DNA of 63,433 bases, counting the filler, from Stramenopiles sp. TOSAG23-3 (Eukaryota), in assembly GCA_900128585.1 (NCBI GenBank). It is 47 parts of 47 records of this genome, joined end to end, with 100 filler letters (N's around TTAATTAATTAA, not from the genome) between each part and the next. Parts side by side here need not be neighbours in the genome. Positions count along the whole stretch, not along the records: positions 1 to 1,262 come from LT646144.1; positions 1,363 to 2,624 come from LT646145.1; positions 2,725 to 3,985 come from LT646146.1; positions 4,086 to 5,345 come from LT646147.1; positions 5,446 to 6,705 come from LT646148.1; positions 6,806 to 8,064 come from LT646149.1; positions 8,165 to 9,423 come from LT646150.1; positions 9,524 to 10,782 come from LT646151.1; 39 more parts are not named here. One strand, written 5' to 3'. Positions 1-10,911 of this stretch are shown one piece after another (position 1 is the stretch's first letter; every line of letters starts with the position of its first letter). The position numbers and the translations under genes were made by a program. A model generated the notes under the pieces. That model saw only the letters and a program-made list of their open reading frames with translations. It was not told where the DNA came from and searched no databases.

Positions 1-370
1 CTCCGACCGTCTTCGTTTTCTTGTCTGGGTTTTGCTTTTCTTTTGTTCCAAGAAGGACTCTGGAATGAATGGCAATTCAATAGTTTTTCTCCCAGTCAAT
101 TTGACTTTGAATCGGTTGTTTTTCGGCACGTTATTGTATTGAATACCGGGAAAGCAGGACGTGTAGTATTTCTTGGGAAGTTTGTACACGGTTTCGGTAT
201 TGTCTATGAGAGCATAGTAAAACTTTTGGTTCAATTTAAGTATAAAGACATGGTGGGGACCGACAGCATCCTTCACTTGGTCACTTTTGAATCGACATGG
301 CAGCTGCTCTGCCGCCCATACTATCGTTTTTTGTTTTAGGGCACCACTGGTAACAATGTGATTGTACCAT
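1..370 (-). CDS. Hypothetical protein, 3'-truncated (MVQSHCYQWCPKTKTIVWAAEQL...), virus-like contig
   Basis: My translation: open minus-strand frame from ATG at ~370 to the window start; not in the ORF track because it has no stop. Confidence 0.55.
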
Positions 371-437
371 TTCGTCCAATTTTCTTGTTTTGCTCTTGGC
401 AATGGAAAATGCATGTTTACCAAACTACATATGGTAT

Positions 438-962
438 TTATAGTGTCTTCCATGGTGCATCGTATAGATTTGGTAATCCATTTCGAAGAGCGACCGTAAG
501 TGTAAGATTGGATCGGTCTATAACGTTCCATACGCTATCGAAGGCATGGTTGAAAGAAATTGGATAGGATGGGATAAGAACCATTCGGTGTACCCGTTGT
601 GCATGTGCTACACCCGAGTATGGAACGAACAAATCGATTACGCCATTATTGGTGGTTAGTCGATGAAACGAGAGTGGTGGTCCGTGCAATTCCATGTCTA
701 TGATCATTTCGACCTCTATCCGTTCGTGGGATTGAATTCCTGACGTTCCTACGTAAATTGGACATTCACCGTACGATATCTTCTTTTTCTGAAATTCAAT
801 GGGAGCGACCGTTTTCTGATGGACATCGGTCGTATGACCTTTGAATGCAACTCTCCATGGTTTGAAGCGTATCACGTCATCCCGCTTCCATCTCAATTGA
901 ATCTGTACCATTCCAAATACGATAAACAAAAAGCAGATTTTACTACATACCATTTTATACAT
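438..962 (-). CDS. Hypothetical protein with N-terminal membrane anchor, virus-like contig
   Basis: 174-aa ORF, hydrophobic N-terminus (ICFLFIVFGMV), closely packed neighbours, TATA-like upstream motif. Confidence 0.65.
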   Translation of the reverse strand: MYKMVCSKICFLFIVFGMVQIQLRWKRDDVIRFKPWRVAFKGHTTDVHQKTVAPIEFQKKKISYGECPIYVGTSGIQSHERIEVEMIIDMELHGPPLSFHRLTTNNGVIDLFVPYSGVAHAQRVHRMVLIPSYPISFNHAFDSVWNVIDRSNLTLTVALRNGLPNLYDAPWKTL

Positions 963-1023
963 TGTATATTATATTTATACTATTTGAAAATTTAATGTAT
1001 ATTAGTACACAAATCTTTCTCAA

Positions 1024-1262
1024 ATGCTTCGAACATTAATAACATATATGTGTATGTTACTTTCAGTAGAAAGCTTAGAGCTTGCATGTACACGGTTACG
1101 AAGCGATCTGAATTTCAAGTATTCCTACAAAGAGACGGAGGGTACATTAACCGATGTGGATTTTAGTCAACGTGGTGATCGAATTGATTGCAACACCAAC
1201 GCAATCGCCGATGGTATCACGGGACCATTGTGTGAATCGGTCTCACGGTCAGAAGGTCCCGG
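1024..1262 (+). CDS. Putative secreted Cys-containing protein, 3'-truncated
   Basis: Signal-peptide-like start MLRTLITYMCMLLSVES; divergent from 438..962 across a 61-bp AT-rich gap. Confidence 0.55.
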
Positions 1263-1362
1263 NNNNNNNNNNNNNNNNNNNNNNNNNNNNNNNNNNNNNN
1301 NNNNNNTTAATTAATTAANNNNNNNNNNNNNNNNNNNNNNNNNNNNNNNNNNNNNNNNNNNN
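1263..1362. other. Artificial contig spacer (N44-TTAATTAATTAA-N44); first of ~46 identical spacers
   Basis: An identical 100-nt block with stops in all six frames recurs every ~1.35 kb; contig lengths fall steadily from 1262 to ~1243 nt. Confidence 0.99.
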
Positions 1363-1806
1363 CTCTTTTTTATTCGTTTAAAATTTATAGAAGAAGAAAG
1401 AAGAAGGAAGAAGAAGGAAGAAGAAGGAAGAAGAGAAGGAAGAAAGAAAAAAAAGAAGATAAAATCATCATCCATCAAAATAGCAGCTACACAGCAAAGG
1501 GATTTTGGTTGATGACATTTTGTTGTTGTTGTTTTTGTTTTGTTTCTACTACTACTTCTAAAAATAATAATATGTCAGTTTGGGTAAGAAAAGTTCAAAG
1601 TTCAACAAAAGATAAAATATAACTAAAAGAATAACTTTAGAAAGGAGTGAAATGGAACAATAGTAGATTGCTGTAATTGATTAATTTTATACAATTGTTT
1701 CTGTGGGATTTAAAGAACATCCAGTTTCTATTGTATTATAGTAAACAAACACGGAAAGACCCGTTGTCATATTGTCATTTACCGCGCGCAGCTTAGTCGG
1801 TTCCAC

Positions 1807-2514
1807 ATGAAGTTTACGGCACCTGTCTCAAGAACAGTTGGGGGTAATAAATGCGAGAAGAAGAAAGCGCGCCCTTCGCACAGCGTCTCTTCTCGTGGTA
1901 CCATTAACGAATGGCTGAATCTTTCTACGGTCCGAGTTCAGTTTGGAGGGAGACCCACTATACGCAAGAGAAGGCACAGCGTGGCAGCAGCGGCAAGCGC
2001 TACTCCTGTGCAGGCCATAAAAGTAGGCGTGAGAAGAAAACGTCGGGCTGTGTCGTGCCCTTCCATACAAAGGACACTACACAGAAACGAACAAACCGTG
2101 CATGTACAGAAAAAGAAGCGCATTAAGACAACAGACAAAACAACAGCAGCAGCATTAAACAGAGCACCGACCGAAAACGCGCTGTCGGCCGTCGACCTTG
2201 CGTTGAAGTCGGTATCGATGCAGGCAGTTTTTGCCCATAAATTTTTGAACTTATGCAATAAATTCGAATCTCGAGTGAACAAAATGCTCGATAGGATGGA
2301 TAGTAGTGTGAGAACGGTAAAAAGGCGGGCAGATGCAGCACATGCGGCGAAAAAGTCAATAGTTCGAGTAGTTGGCCAGCTAGAGGATGCTAAGAATTTG
2401 CATCCACACGAACTGTGCCTGGTGGGAACGGTAGTCCCGTCTGCTCCACCGCCCCTCATCCACCACCTGCTCGAGAAGCCAAGTTATTGCTACGCTCAGT
2501 TAACAGCATATTAA
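1807..2514 (+). CDS. Hypothetical basic protein with C-terminal coiled coil
   Basis: Complete 235-aa ORF in a GC-richer island flanked by AT-rich DNA. Confidence 0.6.
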   Translation: MKFTAPVSRTVGGNKCEKKKARPSHSVSSRGTINEWLNLSTVRVQFGGRPTIRKRRHSVAAAASATPVQAIKVGVRRKRRAVSCPSIQRTLHRNEQTVHVQKKKRIKTTDKTTAAALNRAPTENALSAVDLALKSVSMQAVFAHKFLNLCNKFESRVNKMLDRMDSSVRTVKRRADAAHAAKKSIVRVVGQLEDAKNLHPHELCLVGTVVPSAPPPLIHHLLEKPSYCYAQLTAY

Positions 2515-2726
2515 GAAGATAACATCTATATATACCCTTGGTATTTAAAAAAAAACTGATTATATAGTATGTTTTAAGACTCTCAAGATTATCTCAATTG
2601 TAGGATCAATTCGTGACTATGACTNNNNNNNNNNNNNNNNNNNNNNNNNNNNNNNNNNNNNNNNNNNNTTAATTAATTAANNNNNNNNNNNNNNNNNNNN
2701 NNNNNNNNNNNNNNNNNNNNNNNNGA

Positions 2727-3125
2727 TGCCCTTCGAAATTGTTTGGCGCGGACGACATTTCGATTCAGCAGGTTGCGATGAACACGGACGGGTCGAAAAA
2801 GGACTGGGCGGCGGTGATCAAGCTGAACACGGGCGAGGGCGGGTACTTGAAGAGTGAGATGCCGCAGTGCGATGACGCAGATTATCTGCCCCGCAACCAC
2901 TTAACCGTCAAAGTGTTCGAAGACAAGAACAAATGTTGCAAAGGCTCGAAGGACAAGGAGAAGTGCAAACTTGGATGCGGCGACATGGCCCCACTGCTGA
3001 ACAAGAATAGAAATCATTTTTCCAAGGAGGTGACCGTAACGGGGACGGTGTACGATGTAAAGGACTCGGTGACCCGAAGACGGAGGTTGCTGCAGAAAGG
3101 CCGAAAAGGCAATTGTCGCTTGTAG
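2727..3125 (+). CDS. Cys-rich hypothetical protein C-terminus ending RRRRLLQKGRKGNCRL
   Basis: Frame open from contig start to TAG; coding-like codon bias; converges on the LRR gene. Confidence 0.7.
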   Translation, partial: CPSKLFGADDISIQQVAMNTDGSKKDWAAVIKLNTGEGGYLKSEMPQCDDADYLPRNHLTVKVFEDKNKCCKGSKDKEKCKLGCGDMAPLLNKNRNHFSKEVTVTGTVYDVKDSVTRRRRLLQKGRKGNCRL

Positions 3126-3201
3126 AATTTAACATAAATTTCTCTCTCTTGTAAAATTTAATGCCACTCTCAATGACAGCCATTAATTTGTTTTCAAAAT
3201 G

Positions 3202-3984
3202 TCACTCTAATCTACACTTTCCACTATCATACAGGCAATTTGGGACGTTGCACTGATAATCACATCCTTGATCTACTGCGTAAATATCCATACACATATC
3301 TGAACATTGGATTGCGCACCCTTCTCCTTCTTTTGCCATCAATTTGCCAACGAGACCAGAGCCTGACCACCCATTTGAACACAATAAGTTTCCACTTACT
3401 GTCAAATGTGTTAAGGACGTCAACTCGCCGAACCACTCCGGCAATTGTGCCAATGAATTGTTCCGCAAATCCAATATTTCCAATTTCTCCAACTGCCGAA
3501 AAGAGGCAGGAAAAGATGTCAAATTATTCCGTGATGCTCCCATGATAAGTAACCCCTGCCCTAAATTTCCAATATTGGAAGGCAGCATGGTCAATTGGTT
3601 CCCGTCGACCGACAACATTATAATGTTCTTGTTACCAAAAAGACTCTTCGGTAAATCTGCTAGCGAATTATTCTGAAGAAAGAGGTAACGCAAGTTTTTC
3701 ATACTGATTTCTGGTAAACCTTTTAGCCTATTTGTGCTTAAATCGATGGAATTAATACCGTTGTGTTGCACTATTCCTTTCGGAAAAGATGAAATTTCAT
3801 TGAATGCTGCATCCAAATCCATGAGATTCGTCGCCGTTGCAAAGGACCTGGGCAAAGTTTCCAACCGGTTAAAGTCGAGGTTAACTTTTGCCAATCCGGG
3901 CATAAAATTTCCCAGTTCCGGCAACGTTCGCAGTGGGCCGTGGTTGATCCGAAGCTTCTTCATTGCCGTCATCGACTCGATCGA
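3202..3984 (-). CDS. Leucine-rich repeat protein with C-terminal LNR (Lin-12/Notch)-like Cys domain, 5'-truncated
   Basis: Repeated LxxLxLxxNxLxxLP units, an LRR cap (GNLLC), then CSDMC...DQGCDYQCNVPNCLYDSGKC matching LNR cysteine spacing. Confidence 0.85.
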   Translation of the reverse strand, partial: SIESMTAMKKLRINHGPLRTLPELGNFMPGLAKVNLDFNRLETLPRSFATATNLMDLDAAFNEISSFPKGIVQHNGINSIDLSTNRLKGLPEISMKNLRYLFLQNNSLADLPKSLFGNKNIIMLSVDGNQLTMLPSNIGNLGQGLLIMGASRNNLTSFPASFRQLEKLEILDLRNNSLAQLPEWFGELTSLTHLTVSGNLLCSNGWSGSGLVGKLMAKEGEGCAIQCSDMCMDIYAVDQGCDYQCNVPNCLYDSGKCRLE

Positions 3985-5074
3985 TNNNNNNNNNNNNNNN
4001 NNNNNNNNNNNNNNNNNNNNNNNNNNNNNTTAATTAATTAANNNNNNNNNNNNNNNNNNNNNNNNNNNNNNNNNNNNNNNNNNNNTCAACAAACGTGCCC
4101 TGTGTGTATGTGTAGTAGGAGCAGAAGTAGTCGCCGGCCGTAGGTTGGTATGTCTGCCCGGTGCACAAGACGAAGCAGCTAGGCTAGGTATGAAATTTCC
4201 GATCCGTCCGTCCGTCCGTCCGTCAACCGAAACAAATTTAAAAAACAACCAAATGCACCAAACCAAACCAAACTCAACTGCGCATACAAAACAAACACAA
4301 ACACAAACGAATACGGACACCAAACCCAAAACCAAATCCAAAACCGAATTCCAAGACCAAATCCAAACGATCGATTGTTCGTCAACTGAACCTTCCCATG
4401 CCTTTCAAACGTATCCATTAAGAAAGAAAAGAAAAGAAAAGAAAGAAAAAAGAATAACGTACTTCATCACATATAAGGTAAGATATACACAATATATTTT
4501 AAAACCAATGAAAGAAAGAAAGAAAGAATGAATAAAACAACGAATTCATGACTAAAGAAAAGAAACGAAAAGAAAAGAAAGACATCAACGTTCCTTAAAC
4601 AATGAATTGGATACAAAAACAAAACGTTTATTTAAGTAGACAATGCTGTGTTCCTATTATTAAAGGAATCGAACACGACACCCTATGCTGTGTGCATGGT
4701 AAAGAAATTTAGGGAAAAGGTAATCTATGCTCTGTATATGTTAAGAAATTGTACCTTTCCTTGTGTCCATGTTGGAACGATGGAATTGGTTTAAATTCAA
4801 TTCTAATGTTTGTTACATTTTAAATTTGATGTTTAGTGGATGATTCATTATTGTTAGGATATAATAAAAAGGAAAGAGTGTTAGGATTAATTCAATACTA
4901 TATGTAATGCTTAACACCTTCTTCGTTCTTTCAAGGTTTCTGATTGGTGGTTCAGATAATACATAGACATAGCATTGGATCAACGAATAAATGAAGGAAG
5001 GAATAGAAGAATAGCATTGAATGATAGGGTAATATAGTAATTTAGAATACTATTCGTTCATTATAAGTATGTGT

Positions 5075-5326
5075 TCTTTTTTCCTTCCTTTTCTTTCTTC
5101 TTCTTCTTCTTCTTTCTTTTAATTCTTCTTCTTTCTTCTTTCTTCTTTCTTCTTTCTTCTTCTTCTTCTTTCTTCTTTCTTTCTTCTTCTTCTTTCTTCT
5201 TCTTCTTCTTTCTTCTTTCTTTCTTCTTCTTCTTTCTTCTTCTTTCTTCTTTCTTCTTCTTCATTCTCTTCTTCTTTCTCTTCTTCTTTCTCTTCTTCTT
5301 TCTTCGTTCTCTTTCTTTCTTCTTTT
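5075..5326. repeat. Polypyrimidine (TTC/TTTC) low-complexity tract
   Basis: ~250 nt almost exclusively T and C. Confidence 0.95.
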
Positions 5327-5447
5327 ATATAAATATGTAAAATTANNNNNNNNNNNNNNNNNNNNNNNNNNNNNNNNNNNNNNNNNNNNTTAATTAATTA
5401 ANNNNNNNNNNNNNNNNNNNNNNNNNNNNNNNNNNNNNNNNNNNNGT

Positions 5448-6705
5448 TTAAAAAAGCAACTGTTACCAGTGCATGGAGCAGTAGATAAAAATGGAAGGCC
5501 GGCGACGGTAGGGGTAAACACAGCGGGGCAATTGAAACGGACAGATGTAAATATTCACCACAAGAAGAGAAAAGAAAAGACCTACGGGGCCTACGGGGCC
5601 CCCCTTCAGGAAAAGCCAGGTCTTGCCGGAGCAGCGGAGAAGTGGACAAAGTGGTACATGAGCGAAAAGCCGGGGACTGCAGCGGGAAGGGTAGACAAGA
5701 ACAGCAAGAAAGGGCCCTTTCCCCGCGATAAACCGTACCCAGTGGTACCCTCTACGGCACCGGCCAAGGCGGGGGGGGGTAGAAGTCCCATATTCACAGA
5801 AACGCGACAGCGACAGTGCCTCGAGCATTTTTGGAGGGGGGCGGCCGTTGACGGGAACGGCAGACAGTTTTGACATGCACCAAAGGCCATTGACCGGGAC
5901 AACGGAGGTGCTTCCCTCGACCCCCAATGCGTACGGCGGCGCACGGCCTGGAACGTCAGGGTTTACGAGCGCCAATAGTTATGTTTTTAATCGGCCGTTG
6001 ACCGGTACAACGGACACGTACAACGTAAACCGCCCGCTGACGGGGACGGCCGACACGTACGACGCAAACCGCCCATTGACCGGGACCGCCGACACGTACA
6101 ACGCAAACCGCCCGCTGACAGGGACAGCCGACAGCAACAACACATACCAGAGACCCCTAACCGGCGCGAGCGACGTGTTGGGCGTGCGGGCGGGCACGCC
6201 GTTGCTGTACGGCACGGGCGGAAACTTTGGTCCCCGCACTGGGACCGCAACGTCCGAGTACTACGGCTACGAGGAGTATTTGCAAGGAGGCAAAACGGAG
6301 CAAGTGTACGAAATTTTTGACCCTAGCATGAAGCCCCCGATCACGCCCTACCCGAGGCGACCGCTTACAAAAGAAGAGAAAAAGAGCAGGGGGAAGAATC
6401 CGAACCAAAAGTCATTGGAACAGAAAATGGGAGCGGAAGATCCGTGGCTAATAGACATCAGGGGAACATTAGAGGTTCCAAAATCTGCGGCAAGGCAACG
6501 GTCTAGGGGAACACCGGATAAGCGGGCATTAATGACCCGGCCCGGTACTGCGACGCTGCCCGCAATTCCGCACCAAAAGCCCCTTACCGCGCCACCGAAA
6601 AAGGAGATCGATGTCCAGGCCCTTTTAAAAGCAGCTCGTGCGAAGCGGCCCCACACGGTGCAGCATGATAGCCGGGCAGGGCATGCGATCAAGTACACGG
6701 ACTCT
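5448..6705 (+). CDS. RPxTG-repeat protein (possibly ciliary/cytoskeletal), partial, with an apparent frameshift at G9 (5771-5779)
   Basis: RPLTGTADTY-type repeats plus RPGT/RPAT/KPGT motifs; the two track ORFs 5469..5873 and 5848.. join if one G is removed from the homopolymer. Confidence 0.7.
5989..6170 (+). repeat. 39-bp coding tandem repeat (NRPLTGTADTYxx), ~5 units
   Basis: aaccgccc(g/a)(c/t)tgac recurs at 39-nt spacing with synonymous variation. Confidence 0.85.
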
Positions 6706-7007
6706 NNNNNNNNNNNNNNNNNNNNNNNNNNNNNNNNNNNNNNNNNNNNTTAATTAATTAANNNNNNNNNNNNNNNNNNNNNNNNNNNNNNNNNNNNNNN
6801 NNNNNATTCAACAGAGAAGCTATGATGGAGGGAATAGACAGGCAGGTATATTCGTCCACATTGAAATTGAATGAATTCTGGAAATTGTTCAACGGTTAGG
6901 GATGCAGTTGTATTTCTGATATGAGAATTATCAGTCGAATTGTTCCATCCTCTGTCGTTTCGTTTCTTTTCTTACTTGCAACGTTCGCCCGTTCCGCCAC
7001 GAACAAC

Positions 7008-7940
7008 ATGTCCGACCAGCCCTCTTCGAAGAAAGTTTGCGCCCTCCGCACGGTAGGCATCGTTGGGTACGGCTCCCTTGGTCAGTTTCTGGCAAAGGCG
7101 ATAATGAACGACCCCGTTGCGTCGAAAGAGTTGCGGTTGGTGTTCGTGTGGAACCGGACGAAAGAGAAAGTTCAGGCCGACATTGACGCGGGCAACCTCC
7201 CAGCAGGCGTGCTCTTGGACGACTTGCAAAATTTTGACAAGCACCACGGTGGCGCGGCCCCTGACCTAATTGTTGAGGTTGCCCACTCCACTATCACTGC
7301 GGATTATGGCGCTAGCTTCCTCTCCAAGTCGAGTTACATGGTGGGATCGCCGACGTGCTTCGCCGACAGAGCAATCGAGGAGAGCATTCGCTCGCAGCTG
7401 AAAGCCAACCTGGAAGCCAACGTCGAGCACGGGGCGTTCATCCCGGCAGGGGCCCTGTGGGGCGCGAACGACATCCAAAAGATGGCAGACCGCGGGACCC
7501 TTCAAGGGCTGGGGGTGACGATGAAGTTTTCCGCTCCGGCGTTGCGCTTGAGGGGAGCCTTGAAGGAGAAGTTAGACCAGATAGTTGCGGACGGGCAGAC
7601 GGAGGAAGTCCTGCTGTTCGACGGTCCGATCCGCGAGCTGGCCCCGATGGCGCCCAACAACGTCAACACCATCGCGTGCGCCGCCCTGGCCGGGCACACG
7701 GTCGGATTCGACAAAACGCGAGCGCGGCTGTACGCCGCAGCCCCCGACCTTCACGCGCACATTGTAGAAATTCAGGTGGAAGGCCCGGGAGGGTTTAAAG
7801 TAGACACCGTCCGGGTCAACCCAGCAAAGAAGGGTGCGGTCACTGGGAACGCGACTTACAACAGCTTCCTCAGCAGCATGCTGGCCGCTGCGAAACGTTC
7901 GGGTGGCGGCGGGAGCGCGGGAAGGATGACCTTTGTGTAA
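7008..7940 (+). CDS. ASPDH: Aspartate dehydrogenase domain-containing protein
   Basis: Rossmann motif VGIVGYGSLG, DLIVEVAH, MVGSPT, GALWGANDIQKMA and APNNVNT are typical of eukaryotic ASPDH/NadX; likely start MSDQ at 7008. Confidence 0.9.
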   Translation: MSDQPSSKKVCALRTVGIVGYGSLGQFLAKAIMNDPVASKELRLVFVWNRTKEKVQADIDAGNLPAGVLLDDLQNFDKHHGGAAPDLIVEVAHSTITADYGASFLSKSSYMVGSPTCFADRAIEESIRSQLKANLEANVEHGAFIPAGALWGANDIQKMADRGTLQGLGVTMKFSAPALRLRGALKEKLDQIVADGQTEEVLLFDGPIRELAPMAPNNVNTIACAALAGHTVGFDKTRARLYAAAPDLHAHIVEIQVEGPGGFKVDTVRVNPAKKGAVTGNATYNSFLSSMLAAAKRSGGGGSAGRMTFV

Positions 7941-8337
7941 AGCCCCTAACGAGTCTAAAAAATCTTAAGTTCACGTGTACCAAAGCTAAGTAATTTTTAA
8001 TTAATAAACGCTTCTAAAAAGTTCTCGTAATTATTCATTTTCCAATATTCGTATTTCCCCCGTTNNNNNNNNNNNNNNNNNNNNNNNNNNNNNNNNNNNN
8101 NNNNNNNNTTAATTAATTAANNNNNNNNNNNNNNNNNNNNNNNNNNNNNNNNNNNNNNNNNNNNATTAAAAATATAAGTGAAGTAGCAGGAAACAGCAAA
8201 CCACAAAATATGAATTTTTAATAAAATATATCATCGACACAAGAGGAGAAATGCGTTGAAACGGAAAAAAAAATTATATATTCATAAATGTAGTTAATAG
8301 AATATGAATTACAAATAGGGAAGAAGTTAAATTCACT

Positions 8338-9423
8338 TTACCTTCTTCGTTTCTTCTCATCTGCGAGCTTGGCTCGTTGTGCTTCTTGTTTCTTTTTCGC
8401 GTCGTCCATGTCTAGGGACCGAGTATCCACCAACAATGCCATCCCATACTCCTTGCACGTTTGTACGAATGCTAACCTCTCTAAACTGCTGGAATTGTCT
8501 TCGCCTTTTTCAAGGGCTCGCTTGAACATGCGAAGGGCTCTCCGAGTTGAAAAGCTAGGGGCCATGCGTTTGATAATTGCACTAAACTCATCGATGTCCA
8601 ATATCCCATCCCCGTTGTCGTCTCCATCAACAAAGGCGCGGATCAATTTGTCAAATATTTGCTTCTCCCTGATCTCCAAAATTTCAATCAATATCTCCAA
8701 GCATACATCGACGTCGGCAACGACTTGAATACTCTCTTCTTCGCTCTCTTTCGCTTCCTCCGCGTTGGATTCTTTCATCATTTCATCGTGGCTTTTGGCA
8801 TTGTCCAGCATTGCAGCGCGCATTGTGAAGCGAACTTCCATGCGCTCGCCGTCGACGGGCTTCACCTTTCCGTCCGGGTGACGGATGGCGACGGCGCGCT
8901 CAACGGTGCGCAAGAATTTTTCCAGTTTTCTCCGGGCCATGAAAGTGGAAACACGGCGCATTTGCTTGATTGCGTGCTCTAATGGAACGAACGTGCGGCA
9001 GTCCGGGGTAACTACAACATGGGAGTCATCGTACTGGGCAGTGTCTTCGTCCATTGCAGGGGTGGACGGCACCCCTTCCAACTCTTCTAGGGGTGTTACC
9101 AGTCGGTTTCTAACGTAAAGGAAGACCTGGAGCACCCCCAGATCAAGTTCAGGAGTGTTTTGAGCAACTTCGTCGCCCTCTACGTGCCCCTTTTCTTTTA
9201 TGCACCCAAGAAAGCGGGCAAACATTCTCACCTTGCTGCTTTTTGGGTAAAATTTCTTGACGGCCATGATGATTTCATACAAATGCATTTCTGCGATGCG
9301 CCTCAGCTTGTATTTCATCAGCAAGAACTCCGTCAAAAAATCGTTCATTGTCTGCAGCGGGTCGCCGTCTCGCAAGTCCAAATAATCTGCCGTCAGCTTT
9401 GCGTGGTAGAGCGTATCTATCAT
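8338..9423 (-). CDS. EF-hand domain protein, C-terminal part
   Basis: Canonical EF loop DDNGDGILDIDEF near the C-terminus; helical region with VRMFARFLG. Confidence 0.8.
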   Translation of the reverse strand: MIDTLYHAKLTADYLDLRDGDPLQTMNDFLTEFLLMKYKLRRIAEMHLYEIIMAVKKFYPKSSKVRMFARFLGCIKEKGHVEGDEVAQNTPELDLGVLQVFLYVRNRLVTPLEELEGVPSTPAMDEDTAQYDDSHVVVTPDCRTFVPLEHAIKQMRRVSTFMARRKLEKFLRTVERAVAIRHPDGKVKPVDGERMEVRFTMRAAMLDNAKSHDEMMKESNAEEAKESEEESIQVVADVDVCLEILIEILEIREKQIFDKLIRAFVDGDDNGDGILDIDEFSAIIKRMAPSFSTRRALRMFKRALEKGEDNSSSLERLAFVQTCKEYGMALLVDTRSLDMDDAKKKQEAQRAKLADEKKRRR

Positions 9424-9639
9424 NNNNNNNNNNNNNNNNNNNNNNNNNNNNNNNNNNNNNNNNNNNNTTAATTAATTAANNNNNNNNNNNNNNNNNNNNN
9501 NNNNNNNNNNNNNNNNNNNNNNNTTTAATCTTTACTCACATAAACCCCTCGAAAATGAATCTGCTCCTAATGGAAGTTTAGATTTTTGTTTGAGCAAAAT
9601 CACACGTTTGTATATTACATCGTGTTCCCTTTTTCAGTT

Positions 9640-10311
9640 TTACAAGGCCTCGATAAAAGCTTTTGCACATGCCGTGGAGGACTGCGGGTTTTGGCCCGTG
9701 ATTAGTTTGCCAGCAATGGCAACGTTGGGTCCCCACGCCGGACCTGCTTGAAAATCAGCCCCCAGCTTTCGGAATTCAGTTTCGATCAGGGCAGGAACTT
9801 TTTCTGTCAAGCCGACTTGGGATTCTTCCACATCCGTAAAGCCTGTGACCTTCAAACCAGCCACCAAGGGCATTCCGTCTGGTTTTTTGGCCCCCAGCAG
9901 ACCTATTGGGCCGTGGCAATCTGCCGCAACCACCTTTCCAGCAGCGTAAGCTTTGTCAACCGCGTCGTACAAGTCTTGGTTTCCATAAAAGTCCGCACAG
10001 GTGCCGTGGCCGCCGGCTAGGTAAATTCCGTCGTAACCGAGAATATCCACTTCCGTCAACTTCTTCGAGTTCTTTGCCTGTGCTTGACCAGCTTCGTCTG
10101 CCATGAACTTGGTACATTCTGCAGTCATGAAATCACCCTGCATCGATCCCTGATCCCACGGAATTTCACCGCCGTTAATAGATATCATGTCGACGTCCAT
10201 TCCTTTTTCTTTGCACATCAGATAAGGAACGGCAGCTTCTTCAAGCCAAGCACCGGTGTCGTGGTCGCCCATTTTTGTGGCGCTCGTGCAGATGATAGCG
10301 ATCGTAGGCAT
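9640..10311 (-). CDS. DJ-1/PfpI family protein (Hsp31/glyoxalase III-like, type 1 glutamine amidotransferase fold)
   Basis: TGAWLEEAAVPY, YLAGGHG, nucleophile elbow AADCHGP, VTGFTDVEE, LITGQNPQS; likely start MPTIAII. Confidence 0.93.
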   Translation of the reverse strand: MPTIAIICTSATKMGDHDTGAWLEEAAVPYLMCKEKGMDVDMISINGGEIPWDQGSMQGDFMTAECTKFMADEAGQAQAKNSKKLTEVDILGYDGIYLAGGHGTCADFYGNQDLYDAVDKAYAAGKVVAADCHGPIGLLGAKKPDGMPLVAGLKVTGFTDVEESQVGLTEKVPALIETEFRKLGADFQAGPAWGPNVAIAGKLITGQNPQSSTACAKAFIEAL

Positions 10312-10911
10312 GGTCAATGTTAGTATTGGTTGGTTGGGTGAAAGAAAGAGGCTTAAAAATTTGAATGAAGTTGTACTGTATTGAATTGAAATTATTATCC
10401 TTTTGAAAACCTGCCCTGAACATTCATTCATTTGATATCGATCGGATCTATCTCAGAACTAAAATATGTTCTGGATGGATGGCAATGGAGGGAGGGAAAA
10501 ACAATTTCCATCCTCCTCCTTCTCTTGTTTTCTCTGCTGTGGTCTATGTTATTATAAATAATAATAAAATGAAATTATTTTTATTTTATTTATTTATTAC
10601 ACCTCGTCTCCAATTATACTTTGTACTGTGTACCTGTTTAGTTAAAATGAGAATTTACTTTTTTTTTTTTTAAATATAATAATATATGAGAAAATTCGCT
10701 ATTTTTTATTTTGTATATTATACTATGCTATGTAACTGTTATACTGCATTTCGATGAAACCCCGAAAAAATATCTTCAAGAANNNNNNNNNNNNNNNNNN
10801 NNNNNNNNNNNNNNNNNNNNNNNNNNTTAATTAATTAANNNNNNNNNNNNNNNNNNNNNNNNNNNNNNNNNNNNNNNNNNNNAGATGTGGACCCAAACCT
10901 TCAGCCCGAGC

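Noticed and set aside
3085-3125. C-terminal CRL as a PTS1 peroxisomal signal, or RRRRLL as an RxLR-like motif
   Set aside because: Motifs are too short, and the Cys-rich protein looks extracellular; RRRRLL is more simply a processing site.
4145-4531. 128-aa ORF over CCGT and AAACC repeats; possible telomeric sequence
   Set aside because: Low-complexity and irregular, with no tandem telomere unit or coding bias.
5061-5340. Poly-K/E/R and poly-F/S/L ORFs (also 37440..37925 and 50348..50539)
   Set aside because: Translations of GAA/TTC microsatellite tracts.
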